From positions 1 through 57,713 of IMG/VR virus record IMGVR_UViG_3300020477_000028: a stretch of 57,713 bases of DNA. One strand, 5' to 3'. Shown here piece by piece: positions 55,124 to 57,713 of this stretch (position 1 is the stretch's first letter; each line of letters opens with the position of its first letter). A program made the position numbers and the translations under genes. The notes under the pieces were generated by a model, which made no database searches, was not told the DNA's origin, and saw only the letters and a list, made by a program, of their open reading frames with translations. The stretch comes from a virus (lineage: Duplodnaviria > Caudoviricetes).

Positions 55124-57712
55124 TTAACAGGTTTCATCACATTCAGCTGAGGCTGCACAAGCAGAACACAACTTTTGTAGGTTAGCAATCGCTTTATCTA
55201 TCCAAGGTTCTAAGCCACAGTCTATACCTGTAACTTTTAAAACTCTGTATAGTGTATAACATTTTTCATAAGCATCATAAGGAGCTGTACATTTAGGACA
55301 GCACTCAATAGCTAATGTATATCTTTCAAATGCATCTAATAATTTTGCATAAGAATCACATAGAATTAAGAAACATAATTCTACAGTTTCTCCTCCAACT
55401 AAATATAATACAATTTTATATCTACCATCAGGTATTTCAGTATTTGGTTGAAAGAAAGAACTATTTTTTAAAGTTGTATCTAAAGTGATACTTCCAGTTA
55501 ATGGTCCTGGATTATCAGGGTCATAAATTATATCATTTGTAACTCCTGTAGTTTCATTTGTAATAGTTCCATAACTTGTTTCTCCTGAATCACAATCTCC
55601 AACAATTTGTATATCTTCTCCTACAGATATAATTATCTCAGGATTTCCTCCACATCCACAAGTAATTTGAGTAGTAATTATACAATCAGAATATGTATCC
55701 ATATCCTCTCTAAATAATGTAACAATATATTCAGAACATTCTCCTACTGTTTCTATAGTTACATTTGAAGAAGGATCTAAAAGTTGATGTATTCCTGGAG
55801 AAACTGTAACTGCTGTTTGAGTATATGTATCTGCAGGTATAACAGCACCTGTAACTGCATCTTTAATTATAACAGTTAAACAATCTGTACCATTACATGA
55901 TGCTCCTCCCGATAATAAAGAATTTAAAGTGTTACCAAATTGACCTCCTGTAAATACTCCTGCAATACTATTAGTACCTGGGAGTCCTACAGTAGGATCC
56001 ATACTCCATCCATATTGATCTAATCCATCAAATCCTTGAACCACATAAGGATTATTCGCTAATGTTAAAGCATTTAAATTACCATATACATTAGTCCCTT
56101 GTGCAGCTGTTTGTGTTACATTTACTTCAGCACTTATTACAGGATTTACAGGAACAGGTCCGTCTGTAGATACGTTCCATACACCACTATGTATACCTGC
56201 CAATGAGCATAAAATAAATGACATTTTACCATTATGAGGATTTCCTACAGTCGTTGGTACTCCACATCCAGCAGATCCAGTATGTATACCAGGAATTACA
56301 GGGTATAAAAATCCTTTAAAAAAGTCATAAGATGGGTGTTTAGCTACAAATGAATTATAATCTGTTTTCCATTTTTGATGAGGAGCTCCTCCAAAATCAC
56401 CTATAACACCATATGGAGGTTGTTCATAATTACTACCATCTGGGCTTCTATCATGATAAGCACCTCCTCCTTGCGGCCCTTCTGCTTCATCAAAGAAACA
56501 TAAAACAACAGCTTTAGTATCTGATTGTCCTCCTCCTGCTAAACCTCTATCAGAATAAGAAGCTCCTGGCCTTAAATATGGGAGAGCTCCTGTTCCTGTA
56601 ACAATATCGTTAAATGCTGCAGATCCTGCTTTAGGGCCGTACATTTGTTGAGTTACTATAGTATTAGTAGTACCAATAGTACTTCTGTCTAAAACATTAA
56701 CAGTTAATGTTGTTGAATAACCAGAATTACCTCCTAATAAATCATTACTAGCACTATTTACTAAAGAAGTAGTTCCATTTTTAAACTGTTGATCGATAGG
56801 ATATTCTCCACAAGCAAGCCATTTCTCTCCATGAACAGGAATATGATAAACATCTCCTGTATAAGAAGGATCATTTATAACTTTACTTTGATACCAAAGT
56901 TCAACTGCATTTACAATCTCAACAATATCTTCTTTACACGTTGAAGTTACATCGTAGAAACAGTATATATTTGTATCATTAGGAATGGTTTCCATTCCAC
57001 ATGCAAGTAAATTTTTATCTATATTTATAGGACCACAATAAGTAGTTACATCTAAACTTTTTCCTCTTATATCTCCAATGATAGTGTCTGCGGTTGGAGA
57101 TTGAAAATTCCATGAACCTCCTGTTAATTTAGTCATTATCTCTAAAGCATCTGGTTTAGGTGATAATAATATATTTGTACAAGGTCCTGATATATCCGCT
57201 CCACATAAAGTTGCAGAGGTTTCAGATTGAGTTTGAGTAGAATCTCCATCTGTTCCTGTATAATTAAAACAGGAATCACATTGATACTTATTCATCAATC
57301 TTGTGATCATAGGAAATAGAGCTCTTAATTCCTCTATTTTACCACAATCTATTAACATGTAAACTTGAGCAAGTATAGCTTCTAATTCTCTAAAATCATT
57401 TTCTAACTCGGTAAGTTTTTCAGGTTCCCCACATTCTGTATGACATTCTTTTAATATCTCTTTTGCCATTGCTATTAAAACACATTCTATAATAGGGGGA
57501 ATTAATTGACAACTACCATCATCACATGTTGCTAAAGGATCATAATTAAGTGCCAATGGATCTGTACATCCCCATTCACAGTATTCACAACTTCCGTCAT
57601 CTACATTAGCATTAGGGTTATAATTCATAGCTGTAGGATCAGTACATCCTAAAATACATTCTTTACTAACAGTAAATTCCTTTTCAAATGTTACTATTTT
57701 AAATAAATATTG
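55124..57712 (-). CDS. Large Cys-rich putative structural protein with DDGSC repeats and a VWA-like domain, 5'-truncated
   Basis: Frame stays open from 57628 to the window end (QYLFKIVTFEKEFTVSKECILGCTDPTA|MNY...), so the true start lies outside the window. Confidence 0.75.
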   Translation of the reverse strand, partial: QYLFKIVTFEKEFTVSKECILGCTDPTAMNYNPNANVDDGSCEYCEWGCTDPLALNYDPLATCDDGSCQLIPPIIECVLIAMAKEILKECHTECGEPEKLTELENDFRELEAILAQVYMLIDCGKIEELRALFPMITRLMNKYQCDSCFNYTGTDGDSTQTQSETSATLCGADISGPCTNILLSPKPDALEIMTKLTGGSWNFQSPTADTIIGDIRGKSLDVTTYCGPINIDKNLLACGMETIPNDTNIYCFYDVTSTCKEDIVEIVNAVELWYQSKVINDPSYTGDVYHIPVHGEKWLACGEYPIDQQFKNGTTSLVNSASNDLLGGNSGYSTTLTVNVLDRSTIGTTNTIVTQQMYGPKAGSAAFNDIVTGTGALPYLRPGASYSDRGLAGGGQSDTKAVVLCFFDEAEGPQGGGAYHDRSPDGSNYEQPPYGVIGDFGGAPHQKWKTDYNSFVAKHPSYDFFKGFLYPVIPGIHTGSAGCGVPTTVGNPHNGKMSFILCSLAGIHSGVWNVSTDGPVPVNPVISAEVNVTQTAAQGTNVYGNLNALTLANNPYVVQGFDGLDQYGWSMDPTVGLPGTNSIAGVFTGGQFGNTLNSLLSGGASCNGTDCLTVIIKDAVTGAVIPADTYTQTAVTVSPGIHQLLDPSSNVTIETVGECSEYIVTLFREDMDTYSDCIITTQITCGCGGNPEIIISVGEDIQIVGDCDSGETSYGTITNETTGVTNDIIYDPDNPGPLTGSITLDTTLKNSSFFQPNTEIPDGRYKIVLYLVGGETVELCFLILCDSYAKLLDAFERYTLAIECCPKCTAPYDAYEKCYTLYRVLKVTGIDCGLEPWIDKAIANLQKLCSACAASAECDETC

Positions 57713-57713
57713 A

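Noticed and set aside
11058-57712. Stop-codon reassignment (TAG or TGA), known in some crAss-like phages
   Set aside because: ORFs up to 12.6 kb are uninterrupted under the standard code; TAG and TGA end genes at sensible boundaries; no suppressor tRNA seen.

Overview
An AT-rich fragment of a crAss-like (Crassvirales-type) podophage genome, most likely infecting Bacteroidota/Flavobacteriia. The host inference rests on TAnnTTTG promoters, no obvious Shine-Dalgarno motifs and a T9SS-type sorting signal. Standard stop codons give long, tightly packed ORFs, so there is no sign of recoding. Bases 1-10945 (+) form a replication/recombination module: DnaB, DUF3846-like, AAA_24/Sak4-like ATPase, SSB, primase, RusA-like resolvase, PD-(D/E)XK nuclease, a MoxR-VWA pair and a class II RNR. 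This module converges at an intrinsic terminator near 11.0 kb with a long minus-strand late module. In transcription order the late module holds a Cys-rich repeat protein, a cluster of envelope-targeted genes (outer-membrane beta-barrel, CxxC-less thioredoxin-fold protein, SNase nuclease, T9SS-CTD cargo, holin, an uncalled 28-aa Cys/Lys peptide), a metallophosphoesterase, ring/IHF/muzzle tail genes, four giant putative ejected proteins including a 4208-aa virion RNA polymerase (DFDIDK), and a SET-domain gene. The most notable signals are: (1) a phage-encoded T9SS substrate within an outer-membrane/periplasm module; (2) about 6,600 aa of ejected proteins in which I found only two cysteines, at the facing termini of adjacent genes; (3) a repeated xxGG..[KR]Y[NE]xG motif segmenting a 2016-aa cargo protein; (4) a VWA-like domain shared by two distant structural proteins; (5) structured intergenic elements. 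All assignments come from motif reading by eye; no searches were run.
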